Assembly (NCBI GenBank): GCA_020722215.1 | Contig: DYLG01000001.1 | Location: 1 to 45,025, forward strand | Length of the DNA stretch: 45,025 bases | Reading direction: 5' to 3' | Source: Desulfomonile tiedjei | Lineage (GTDB): Bacteria > Desulfobacterota > Desulfomonilia > Desulfomonilales > Desulfomonilaceae | Shown here: piece after piece, positions 1 to 8,211 of the stretch | Numbering within the stretch: position 1 is the first letter of the stretch | How the letters are laid out: every line of letters begins with the position of its first letter | Program-made: the position numbers and the translations under genes | Notes under the pieces: model-generated | What the model saw: only the letters and a program-made list of their open reading frames with translations | The model's database searches: none | What the model was told of the DNA's origin: nothing

Positions 1-189
1 CGTCATACTCCCTTCAAGAGCGCTGAGCAAGAGAAATGACTTTGACGGGACCGTGAATCCCTCGCCCAGGTATTTCCAAAACCGCCCCTTTCGTGGTATA
101 GGAGTGGTTCGGCTTCTAGGAATCTTTTTCCGTGACCTGTGAAGAAAGACAAAGCACAAGGCCTCGCGGCTGCTATGGAGGACGTACAA

Positions 190-1068
190 GTGAGAACCTT
201 CGAGTACCTTAAGCCCGCCTCCGTCAATAAAGCCCTTGCGCTCCTCGACCTCTATGGAGACCAGGCAAAGCTCATAGCAGGCGGCACCGACGTGATGGTC
301 CAATGGAAGAAGCGGATCATTTCCCCCCAGGTTCTGATCTCGCTGAGGAACCTTGCCGAACTGAGTTTCATCAAGTTCGGCGGGGGATTGGAGATCGGCG
401 CAGGAACCACCCATCGGGCCCTGGAGCTGTCACCGGAGATCCGGGAGCACTTCCCCGTGATCCACGATGCAGTGAGCAATCTCGGCTCGGTTCAGGTGAG
501 GAACTCCGGAACCATAGGCGGCAACATCTGCAATGCAGCGCCTTCGGCAGATACAGCTCCGCCGTTGCTCGTCCTGGACACGAATGTGCGCATAGCCTCG
601 ACCAAGGGCGAGCGGACAGTAGCCATAAGGGATTTTTTTCGGGGCCCTTCCCGAACCGTGCTCCAGACGGGGGAACTGGTAACCCTATTCTCAATCCCCG
701 CTCCGCTTCCGCGCACAGGCATGGCATACTCGAAGCACACCAGACGTAAAGCCATGGACCTGCCTATTGTCGGGGTTGCAGTCCTTCTGTCCTTCGAGGA
801 GGACCTGAAAACCTGCCGAAAAGCAGCGATCGCCCTGGGAGTGGCCGCGCCCACCCCAATGAGGGCGGCTAACGCGGAGGCGTTCCTCGCGGGCAAACCG
901 GTGGACAAGACGACTCTGCTCGAAGCCGGAAAGATTGCATCCGAGGAGGCGAGCCCGAGAACCACAATCCGCGGGTCCGCCTGGTACCGCAAAGAAATCA
1001 TTCGAGTGCTGGTCCGGCGGACCGGGCTCATCTGCATGGAAAGAGCGAAAGGAGCCGCCCGTTCATGA
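190..1068 (+). CDS. FAD-binding (medium) subunit of a xanthine dehydrogenase / CO dehydrogenase-family molybdenum hydroxylase (CoxM/XdhB-like)
   Basis: Frame of listed ORF 139..1068. Motifs AGGTDVMV and GTIGGNICNAAPSAD are typical of the FAD-binding subunit. Preferred start is GTG 190 (MRTFEYLKPASV...), 7 nt after GGAGGA; alternatives are GTG 139 and ATG 175. Stop TGA overlaps the next start (ATGA). No Cys-rich insertion. Confidence 0.85.
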   Translation: MRTFEYLKPASVNKALALLDLYGDQAKLIAGGTDVMVQWKKRIISPQVLISLRNLAELSFIKFGGGLEIGAGTTHRALELSPEIREHFPVIHDAVSNLGSVQVRNSGTIGGNICNAAPSADTAPPLLVLDTNVRIASTKGERTVAIRDFFRGPSRTVLQTGELVTLFSIPAPLPRTGMAYSKHTRRKAMDLPIVGVAVLLSFEEDLKTCRKAAIALGVAAPTPMRAANAEAFLAGKPVDKTTLLEAGKIASEEASPRTTIRGSAWYRKEIIRVLVRRTGLICMERAKGAARS

Positions 1069-1565
1069 AACTGACCATTGGGTTTTCCGTTAACGGCGAC
1101 AGTGTTGAAGTGGAGGTCCTGCCTCACTGGAATCTGCTGAAAGTCCTCAGAGACGTTCTTGAGCTGACCGGCGCCAAGCAGGGCTGCGGCGAAGGCGAGT
1201 GCGGCGCATGCACCGTGCTGGTGAATGGAGCGCCGGTGAACAGTTGCATCTATCCCGTGCTTGAGGTGGAAGGCAAGGAAGTCACAACCATTGAAGGGCT
1301 CATGGACAAGAGCGGCCGACTGCACCCCATTCAGCAGGCTTTTCTTGAGAAAGCCGGTGTGCAATGCGGATTCTGCACTCCAGGAATGATCATGTCGGCA
1401 TTTGCGCTGCTCAAGGCCAATCCGGACCCCACCGAGGACGAGATCCGACACGCCATAGCCGGAAACATGTGCAGGTGCACGGGGTACGTGCAGATCGTGG
1501 AATCGGTGCAGCATGCCGCGGCGGTCATGTCCGGTCGGTCCCAAGAGCGTGCAGGCAAGGAGTAG
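1065..1565 (+). CDS. [2Fe-2S]-binding small subunit of the Mo-hydroxylase (CoxS/XdhC-gamma-like)
   Basis: 166 aa. Plant-type ferredoxin motif CGEGECGACTV plus second cluster motif CGFCTPG ... CRCTGY. ATGA overlap with the upstream gene. TAG stop at 1563-1565, 4 nt before the next ATG. Confidence 0.92.
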   Translation: MKLTIGFSVNGDSVEVEVLPHWNLLKVLRDVLELTGAKQGCGEGECGACTVLVNGAPVNSCIYPVLEVEGKEVTTIEGLMDKSGRLHPIQQAFLEKAGVQCGFCTPGMIMSAFALLKANPDPTEDEIRHAIAGNMCRCTGYVQIVESVQHAAAVMSGRSQERAGKE

Positions 1566-1569
1566 GACA

Positions 1570-3957
1570 ATGAGCGAACTCTTTGTGGGCAAGTCGTTTC
1601 CCAGAGCCGATGCGGAAAAAGTCACCGGAAAAGCGGCATATATCAACGACATCAAGGTCCCGCGCATGCTGTACGGCAAAATCCTGTACAGCACCCGTCC
1701 ACATGCAAGGATCAAGAACATAGACACGTCCGCTGCCGAGAAACTTCACGGCGTGCGAGCGGTTCTCACGGGCAGGAATACCCCGAATGTGCGGGTAGGG
1801 TTCCTCGGCGATCAGGAGCCTCTAAAGAAAGACAAGGTCAGGCAATTCAGAGACGAAGTGGCTGCTGTGGCAGCCATCGACGAGGACATTGCCGAGGAAG
1901 CCACTAGCCTTATCAAGGTGGAGTACGAGGACCTTCCTCCGGTGTTTGACCCGATTGAGGCCATGAAGGATGACGCTCCTCTGGTTCATGAGTTTGACGC
2001 GCGGGGAAAGCCGCGGCGCAACAACATCCTGCCGCTTCCGTGGAAGCTTATTGCAGGCGATGTGAACAAAGGACGTGAGCAATCCGCGCATATAGTCAAG
2101 GATACGTTTCGGACCACATGGGTTCACCAGGTTTGCATGGGCGCCAGCGGTTGCATCGCGCAATTCGACGTGAACAACAACCTGGTGTTCACCAGCGTTA
2201 CCAACGTGCCTTTCGGCGGCAAAGACCGGCTGGACATGTTCCTTAGGAACATCGGCCTCAAGAGCAGCACCAGAATCCTCACGCCGTTTGTTGGCGGCAG
2301 CTTCGGCAGCAAGCTGGACACGGACATCTATGAGTTCATCGCGGTGCTTCTCGCTTGGGAGACGAAGTGTCCGGTAAAGATACTGTTCGACAGGCACGAG
2401 GAATTCACCGCGAGCCCTCCCCGACAGCCTGCCATAGCTACGGTAGAGCAGGGCTGCGACAAGGACGGACATCTCACGTTCAGGAAAGTGGACATGATCC
2501 TGGACAACGGGGCGTACACCTCGTGGGGAGCTACCACACCGTCCGTGATGAGCATACCGGTCTCCACCCTGTATAAGGTCCGGAACATCCACTTCGAGGC
2601 TACCTGCGTGTACACGAACAACATTTACGCGCAGGCCATGAGGGGATACGGCAATCCCCAGGCAACTTACGTTGTCGAGCAGTCCATGGACCAGCTCGCG
2701 GAAGCAGCCGGCATCGATCCTCTGGATTTCAGGCTGATCAACGCCAACGAGCCGTACACCGAATCACCTATGAGGATCAAGATCACCACCTGCCCTCTAA
2801 AGGAATGCCTACAGGAAGTGAAAACCCGCATCGACTGGGAGAACAAGCACGGCAAGAGGGACGGCCGGGGCGTGGGCGTGGCTTCGTTCCTGCATGTGGG
2901 AGGAGGCGCGAGGGTGTACCTCTCCGATGGGCAGGGCATAATCATGAAAGTCAACGACGAGGGAAAACTGACGATCATAACAGGAGGAACGGACCAAGGC
3001 CAGGGTTCCGAGACTATCATCCGGCAAATGGCCGCGGAGGCATCCGGCTTGCGGTACGAGGACATCAGTATCGTGCTTGGAGATACGGAAATCTGTCCGT
3101 GGGACGTGGGCACTCATGCCAGCCGACACCTTTTCATGGTGGGCAACGCGATACTGATGTGCGCGGAAAAAATAAGAGCCAAGATCCGGGATCTAGGCGC
3201 CAGGTGGATGCGTTCGATAATCGAGGCTGATCTGAACAAGAAAGCACGCCGCGATCCTGACTTCAAAGCGCCTCAGATTGATTGGAGCGTCCTTGAAAAC
3301 CCGGACAATCTCGATGTCTGCAACGGGGAAATCTTTGTGAGAGACGATCCGGAGAATCCTTTCCTACGTATGAAGATCGCCCGGGTCGTGCGCAAAGCCC
3401 ACTTGCTCGGCACGGGCCGGGGTGAGATGGTCACTGCCGAGGCTTTCTACGACCCGCCGAACGAGATGATCGACAGAGAAGGAAAGGGGAATATATCCTG
3501 TTGCTACACCTTCGGCACTCACGGAGTCGAGGTGGAAGTGGACAAGGAAACCGGACAGCTCAGGATACTCAACTACGTGGCTGCTCACGATGTGGGCAGG
3601 GCAATAAACCCCATGCTCGTGAAAGGCCAGATTTACGGCGCGGCCATCATGGGCACAGGGTACGGGCTCACTGAAGAAATGCTGTTGAACGCAGGCAGGG
3701 TAATGAATCCCAACCTGCTTGATTACAAGTTGCTCACAGCCAAGGACAAGGTCCCCATTGATGCGGTCATAGTCGAGCCGATTGAGCCGTCCGGTCCGTT
3801 CGGCGCGAAGGGCATCGGCGAACCGGCGTGCGTGCCCTCGGCTCCGGCAATTGCCAATGCAGTGTACGACGCGATAGGAGTGAGGATTAAGGAACTGCCC
3901 ATCACGCCCGAGCGCGTTCTGGCCGCGCTCAAGCAGAAGGAAGAGGAAGGAGTTTGA
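1570..3957 (+). CDS. Molybdopterin-binding large subunit of a xanthine dehydrogenase/aldehyde oxidase-family enzyme (substrate unknown)
   Basis: Start ATG 1570 (MSELFVGKSFPRADAEKVTGKA...), in frame with listed ORF 1513..3957. a/b-hammerhead-type N-terminus. GGSFGSK, MRGYGNPQ and C-terminal AKGIGEPA...ANAVYDA motifs typical of the family. No VAYRCSFR-type CODH loop seen. Confidence 0.9.
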   Translation: MSELFVGKSFPRADAEKVTGKAAYINDIKVPRMLYGKILYSTRPHARIKNIDTSAAEKLHGVRAVLTGRNTPNVRVGFLGDQEPLKKDKVRQFRDEVAAVAAIDEDIAEEATSLIKVEYEDLPPVFDPIEAMKDDAPLVHEFDARGKPRRNNILPLPWKLIAGDVNKGREQSAHIVKDTFRTTWVHQVCMGASGCIAQFDVNNNLVFTSVTNVPFGGKDRLDMFLRNIGLKSSTRILTPFVGGSFGSKLDTDIYEFIAVLLAWETKCPVKILFDRHEEFTASPPRQPAIATVEQGCDKDGHLTFRKVDMILDNGAYTSWGATTPSVMSIPVSTLYKVRNIHFEATCVYTNNIYAQAMRGYGNPQATYVVEQSMDQLAEAAGIDPLDFRLINANEPYTESPMRIKITTCPLKECLQEVKTRIDWENKHGKRDGRGVGVASFLHVGGGARVYLSDGQGIIMKVNDEGKLTIITGGTDQGQGSETIIRQMAAEASGLRYEDISIVLGDTEICPWDVGTHASRHLFMVGNAILMCAEKIRAKIRDLGARWMRSIIEADLNKKARRDPDFKAPQIDWSVLENPDNLDVCNGEIFVRDDPENPFLRMKIARVVRKAHLLGTGRGEMVTAEAFYDPPNEMIDREGKGNISCCYTFGTHGVEVEVDKETGQLRILNYVAAHDVGRAINPMLVKGQIYGAAIMGTGYGLTEEMLLNAGRVMNPNLLDYKLLTAKDKVPIDAVIVEPIEPSGPFGAKGIGEPACVPSAPAIANAVYDAIGVRIKELPITPERVLAALKQKEEEGV

Positions 3958-4025
3958 GTTTTCCAGGGGGAGCGCCTTCTGCCGAGAGGGGCTCTCCCTC
4001 CCTGGCTTCTCCAGCAACTCCCGAT

Positions 4026-5261
4026 ATGAAACGCCGGATCTACATGGATAATGCTGCGACGTCGTTCCCAAAGCCCCCTGGGGTCAAGGAGGCGATGATC
4101 CATTTCATGGACGACGTGGGCGCAAACCCCGGCAGATCCAGGCACGATCAGTCCATGGAAGCGGCGAGGATAGTCGAGGGCACGAGAGAAGCCTTGGCCG
4201 TTCTGTTCAACATCCCCAATCCGAACCGCATAGTCTTTACGCTCAACTCAACTGAAGCCCTTAACACAGTGATTTACGGGGTGCTCAACGAAGGGGACCA
4301 TGTGGTCATGACCCAGATGGAGCACAATTCCGTGATCCGGCCTTTGCGCCATCTGGAGGCCTCGGGAATCATTACCGTTTCAGTGGCGCCGTGCGACAGG
4401 ATGGGGTTTTGCGATCCTCGGGAAATCGGCCGGCTTGTTCATCCCAACACTGCCCTTGTCGCATTGAATCACGCGTCCAACGTGTGCGGCGCCATCCAGG
4501 ACGTGGTTGCCATACGCGAGGCAATCGGGGACGTTCCCTTGCTTCTTGACGTTGCCCAGACCGCGGGAGCGGTTCCGGTTGACGTGCAGGCCATGGGCGT
4601 GGACTTTCTCGCATTTACCGGCCACAAGGCGCTGTTCGGCCCTCAAGGCACCGGAGGCCTGTACGTCCGGGATGGGCTCTCCATACGACCTTTGAAGCGC
4701 GGCGGCACTGGGAGTGTCTCAGAGAGTGAGCAACAACCTGAGTTCTTCCCGGATCTTCTCGAAAGCGGCACTCAGAACAATGTGGGAATAGCAGGACTGG
4801 GCGCCGGCGTACGATTCGTGCTGGACACGGGAGTTGAGACGATCCGCCGTCACGAAATGGAACTCCTGCAGACTTTTGTCAACGGTCTGAAGAAACTGGC
4901 GGGCCTGACGCTCTACGGACCGCTCAAGCCCGAGGCCCAGGCGCCCATAGTCTCGGTGACGTTCGACAAGGCGCTTCCCGACGGTCTTCAAATGTCTTTC
5001 GGAGGATGCGGCGGGAGATCTGTTCCGGCGACCTTTGAGAGCGTTCATCCCCAAGAAGCGGGGACTATTCTCACGGAACGGTACGAGATCTCGGTGCGTG
5101 TGGGCCTGCATTGTGCGCCGCTTGCTCACAAGGCGCTGGGGACCTTTCCGGACGGCACGGTGCGCTTCAGCCCGGGATACTTCAACACTATGCAAGAGGT
5201 TGAAATTGCCATCGAAGCAATCAGAACCATCGCGGAAAAGATCAATATCACGGGAGACTGA
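4026..5261 (+). CDS. Class V aminotransferase-fold PLP enzyme, cysteine desulfurase / selenocysteine lyase family (SufS/CsdA-like)
   Basis: Start ATG 4026 (MKRRIYMDNAATSFPKP), inside listed ORF 3954..5261. PLP-lysine motif FTGHKALFGPQGTGGLY. Catalytic Cys motif RVGLHCAPLAH near the C-terminus. Confidence 0.85.
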   Translation: MKRRIYMDNAATSFPKPPGVKEAMIHFMDDVGANPGRSRHDQSMEAARIVEGTREALAVLFNIPNPNRIVFTLNSTEALNTVIYGVLNEGDHVVMTQMEHNSVIRPLRHLEASGIITVSVAPCDRMGFCDPREIGRLVHPNTALVALNHASNVCGAIQDVVAIREAIGDVPLLLDVAQTAGAVPVDVQAMGVDFLAFTGHKALFGPQGTGGLYVRDGLSIRPLKRGGTGSVSESEQQPEFFPDLLESGTQNNVGIAGLGAGVRFVLDTGVETIRRHEMELLQTFVNGLKKLAGLTLYGPLKPEAQAPIVSVTFDKALPDGLQMSFGGCGGRSVPATFESVHPQEAGTILTERYEISVRVGLHCAPLAHKALGTFPDGTVRFSPGYFNTMQEVEIAIEAIRTIAEKINITGD

Positions 5262-5272
5262 GGGCGACAATT

Positions 5273-6283
5273 ATGGGAAAATCAGCTCCAAATAATGCAT
5301 TGACCGATGTTGACGGCCTCATGGTGGGCCATTTCACGGACTTGTCCGCCGCAAGCGGCGTGACGGTCATCATGGCTCCCGGTGGGGCGGTCGCAGGCGT
5401 CGATGTGAGAGGCTCTGCTCCCGGAACAAGAGAGACGGATCTCCTCAACCCGGTCAATCTCGTGGACACGGTGCACGCGGTTGTGCTTGCCGGAGGATCC
5501 GCATTCGGCTTATCCGCCGTTGACGGAGTCGTGAGATGGCTTGCCGGCAAAGGATGGGGCTTCCCGGTCGATGAGAGACACGTGGCGCCTGTCGTGCCTG
5601 CTGCCGTGCTCTTCGATCTGGGCCGAGGAAAGCAATACGTGCCGCCTATCGGTCCTGACTGGGGCCGTGCGGCTTGCGAATCCGCACAGGCAGGGCCTGT
5701 GGACATGGGCACTGTAGGAGCAGGAACAGGCGCGGTGGCAGGCTCAATCAAAGGGGGGCTTGGCACTGCGGGAGAGCGACTGGAAAACTGCCTCACGGTC
5801 GGGGCTCTGGTTGCGGTGAATTCTCTGGGCTCCGTGATAAATCCCTCCACTGGCCAGCCATGGGAGATCGGGCTGGAGCTGGAATCGGAATTCGGCGAGA
5901 TGGGACGAAGAGTGGTGAAACTCCCTACAGCTTCCGAACAGGCGCCTGTGGGCAACACCGCAATCGGGGCTGTGGCCGTGGACGCTACACTGACCAAGGC
6001 TCAAGCCACAAAGATCGCTCAGATGGCACAGGACGGCCTTGCAAGGGCAATTCGGCCCGCGCATACGATGTTCGACGGCGATACCATCTTCTGCCTGGCA
6101 ACCGGCAAGCGCGACCTGCCGGACACTCCGGGGTTCTTCGTGGCTCCAAAGGCCGCGACAATCAATGAGCTGGGTCGCGCAGCCGCTGATTGCATGAGCC
6201 GGGCTGTCATCCATGCCGTGCTGTCGGCTGAGAGCCTGGGCACGATGACGGCTTTTCGGGATCTGGAGCAGCGCAACGATTGA
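5273..6283 (+). CDS. P1 / S58 (DmpA-type) aminopeptidase family protein
   Basis: 336 aa. N-terminus LTDVDGLMVGHFTD, GVTVI..., VLAGGSAFGL, self-processing-type VGNTAIGAV site and MFDGDTIF motif. GAGGG SD 8 nt upstream of the ATG. Confidence 0.8.
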   Translation: MGKSAPNNALTDVDGLMVGHFTDLSAASGVTVIMAPGGAVAGVDVRGSAPGTRETDLLNPVNLVDTVHAVVLAGGSAFGLSAVDGVVRWLAGKGWGFPVDERHVAPVVPAAVLFDLGRGKQYVPPIGPDWGRAACESAQAGPVDMGTVGAGTGAVAGSIKGGLGTAGERLENCLTVGALVAVNSLGSVINPSTGQPWEIGLELESEFGEMGRRVVKLPTASEQAPVGNTAIGAVAVDATLTKAQATKIAQMAQDGLARAIRPAHTMFDGDTIFCLATGKRDLPDTPGFFVAPKAATINELGRAAADCMSRAVIHAVLSAESLGTMTAFRDLEQRND

Positions 6284-6637
6284 CGGAGGAGCCTGTTGCG
6301 AAAGGGCGTCCCGCGCCGAGCAGCGAAACAGCCCGTTTTGGAATAGTACGACTGGCAAAGAGAGTGCGGAATTTTGCAGGACTTTGAACTGGCGTCTTTC
6401 AAAGGAATGACGAGTTAAGGTGGCTACAGTTTTCTGAATTCGTCGGAGGAGAAGGACCGCGGGGCAAGCAAATTGCGTCTTGAGGCAGGTTTTCACCCGG
6501 AAGCCCATCTGACAATCGGCGGGCAGGAGGCTCACCATGCCATTGTCTCGACTCATGAATCTAGATATGCCAAGCGAAAACACGAGAGAACTTCCAGGCC
6601 CCTCTTATGTCGTAATTTTTAGGCGGAGTGACTGGCG

Positions 6638-6892
6638 TTGCCGATAGTAGGGTCCCTGCATGGGATCAAGATTGAGCTTTAGTACAACGAGGATCACGGT
6701 CCTCCAGATGTCCATGTCTGGGGAGGAGGCGAGAGGGCCCTGGTCGCGATCGAGACCCAGGAGATTGTTGAGGGTAAACTGGCTGGCTCTGCCTACAAGC
6801 TCGTTCGATCTTGGATGCGTGAGAACAAGAGCGGGCTGGAAGAAGGCTGGAAACGCGCCAGGCAAGGCCTAGAGATCTCTAGATTAGACTAG
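6638..6892 (+). pseudogene. DUF4160-like small protein gene interrupted by a single in-frame TAG (6680-6682); not present in the supplied ORF track
   Basis: My own translation of this frame: (TTG)PIVGSLHGIKIEL*YNEDHGPPDVHVWGGGERALVAIETQEIVEGKLAGSAYKLVRSWMRENKSGLEEGWKRARQGLEISRLD*. It matches my memory of the DUF4160 pattern (MP.I..F.GI.I.MY.NDH.PPHFH... G.L... W... EL...W). GGAG lies 9 nt upstream of TTG 6638. It sits directly upstream of a DUF2442 gene, the usual partner. Confidence 0.6.
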
Positions 6893-6903
6893 GGGATGCA
6901 CCG

Positions 6904-7284
6904 ATGGAACATATCACGAAAGCAATTCCGGAGAAGCCGTACCTATTAATTCTTGAGTTCAAGGGAGGGGAGGTAAGAATCCTTGACATGAACCCATATA
7001 TCAAGAACGGCGGAATTTGGGAAAAAGTCAAGGATTGGGAGTCCTTCGCTGAAGTGCGAGTCCAGGAAGATCTGGGCGGATTGGAATGGCCAAGTGGTCC
7101 GGACTTCTGTCCGGACACGGCTTATCGAGTTTCAAGGCCTCATGAATTCGCTCGCGACATTTCGCAAGTCTTGGCGGAGTTTCTGAAAGATGACAAGATG
7201 CGCTTTTGTCTTGACTGGTTAGGCGTGGATTTGTACGCTGATAGTCAAGGATCGCACACAGCCTCCCATGGATGTTCTCCTTAG
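6904..7284 (+). CDS. DUF2442-domain protein (usual partner of DUF4160)
   Basis: 126 aa. KPYLLILEFKGGEVRILDMNPY...WEKVKDWESFAEVRVQEDLGGLEWPSGPDFCPDTAY matches the DUF2442 pattern (F.DG....D........L.D...F..V.V....G.L.W..G.D..PD.LY). Starts 11 nt after the DUF4160 stop. Noticeably more AT-rich than the flanks. Confidence 0.65.
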   Translation: MEHITKAIPEKPYLLILEFKGGEVRILDMNPYIKNGGIWEKVKDWESFAEVRVQEDLGGLEWPSGPDFCPDTAYRVSRPHEFARDISQVLAEFLKDDKMRFCLDWLGVDLYADSQGSHTASHGCSP

Positions 7285-7311
7285 CAGAGACCCACTCGTT
7301 CGGAGGCCTCG

Positions 7312-8211
7312 ATGAAGGATCGGAAAAAGACCAAAGAGCAGCTCATGAGGGAATTGGAGGCAGCTCACCGGCGTGTTGCTTTCCTGGAGAAGTCGCGGGT
7401 ACAGCAGGATCTGCGCAAGTCCGAAGAGCAGTATATCGGCATCCTGGAAAACATCGAGGAAGGCTACTAGGAAGTGACCCTGAGAGGGGATTTCGCTCTG
7501 GTTAACGATTCGCTATGCGACATGCTGGGTCGTAGCCGGGAGGAACTCATAGGTGCGAGTTACAGAATCTTGATGGACGAGCCCCATGCGAAAAGGACCG
7601 CGCAGGCATTCAAGGAGGTCTTTCAGACGGGGAAGCCGAGACGGGGCTTCCGATATGAAATCGTCACGCGCTCTGGCGAGCCGAGATCTCTTGAGATCTC
7701 CATATCTACTATCAAAGATTCCGACGGATCGGTGAGCGGCTTCCGGGGAATTGTGCGAGACATGACGGAGAGCCGCCGAGCAGAGGAAGCCGTTCAGTTC
7801 GAGAAACAGAGATTCCGCAGTCTTGCGGAACAGGCCCCCCTGGGCATAGTGATGGTTGGCAAAGAGGGCGAATTTCGCTATGTCAATCCCAAGTTTGTGG
7901 AACTGTTCGGTTACGAGCCCCAGGATGTCCCCAACGGCGTAGAATGGTTTCTCAAAGCCTTTCCGGACCCCGAGTATAGACATGCGGCAATATCTGCATG
8001 GAAGGAATACGTGACTTCCGGAGCCTTGGGGGAATATACCCCAGTTGTGTTCAACGTTTGCTGCAAAGACGGCTCTTACAAGACAATCCGATTCCGAGCC
8101 GTCAGACTGGATTCCAGCGACCACATAATGACATGTGAGGACATCTCGGACCTCAAGCGTGCGGAGTCCAACCTGTCGGCAGAGCTGCAGACCGGAGAAT
8201 CTTGGATGTAA
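7312..8211 (+). pseudogene. N-terminal coiled-coil plus two PAS domains of a sensor kinase. The reading frame carries an in-frame TAG at 7468-7470 and is out of frame with the downstream kinase core.
   Basis: ATG 7312 preceded by GGAGG. Translation: MKDRKKTKEQLMRELEAAHRRVAFLEKSRVQQDLRKSEEQYIGILENIEEGY*EVTLRGDFALVNDSLCDMLG... It then continues in the same frame as listed ORF 7474..8211 (two PAS cores ending IVRDMTESRRAEE and TCEDISDLKRAE). Overlapping listed ORF 7272..7505 is in another frame and looks spurious. Confidence 0.6.

Noticed and set aside
492-1727. 411-aa minus-strand ORF overlapping the FAD and 2Fe-2S subunit genes
   Set aside because: It is antisense to two genes with clear family motifs. 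Its composition (Arg/Ala/Ser/Pro-rich, no motifs) is typical of shadow ORFs in GC-rich DNA.
190-3957. Identification of the Mo-hydroxylase as aerobic CO dehydrogenase or as 4-hydroxybenzoyl-CoA reductase
   Set aside because: The large subunit lacks the CODH active-site loop (VAYRCSFR-type). The FAD subunit lacks the Cys-rich [4Fe-4S] insertion of 4-HBCR. Only family-level assignment is justified.
6680-7470. Global reassignment of TAG (alternative genetic code) as the explanation for the two in-frame amber codons
   Set aside because: TAG terminates several well-defined genes in this window at their expected ends (1563-1565, 10296-10298, 14551-14553, the icmF stop at 33635-33637). No pyl genes or suppressor tRNA are in the window. 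Only site-specific read-through or pseudogenisation remain possible.
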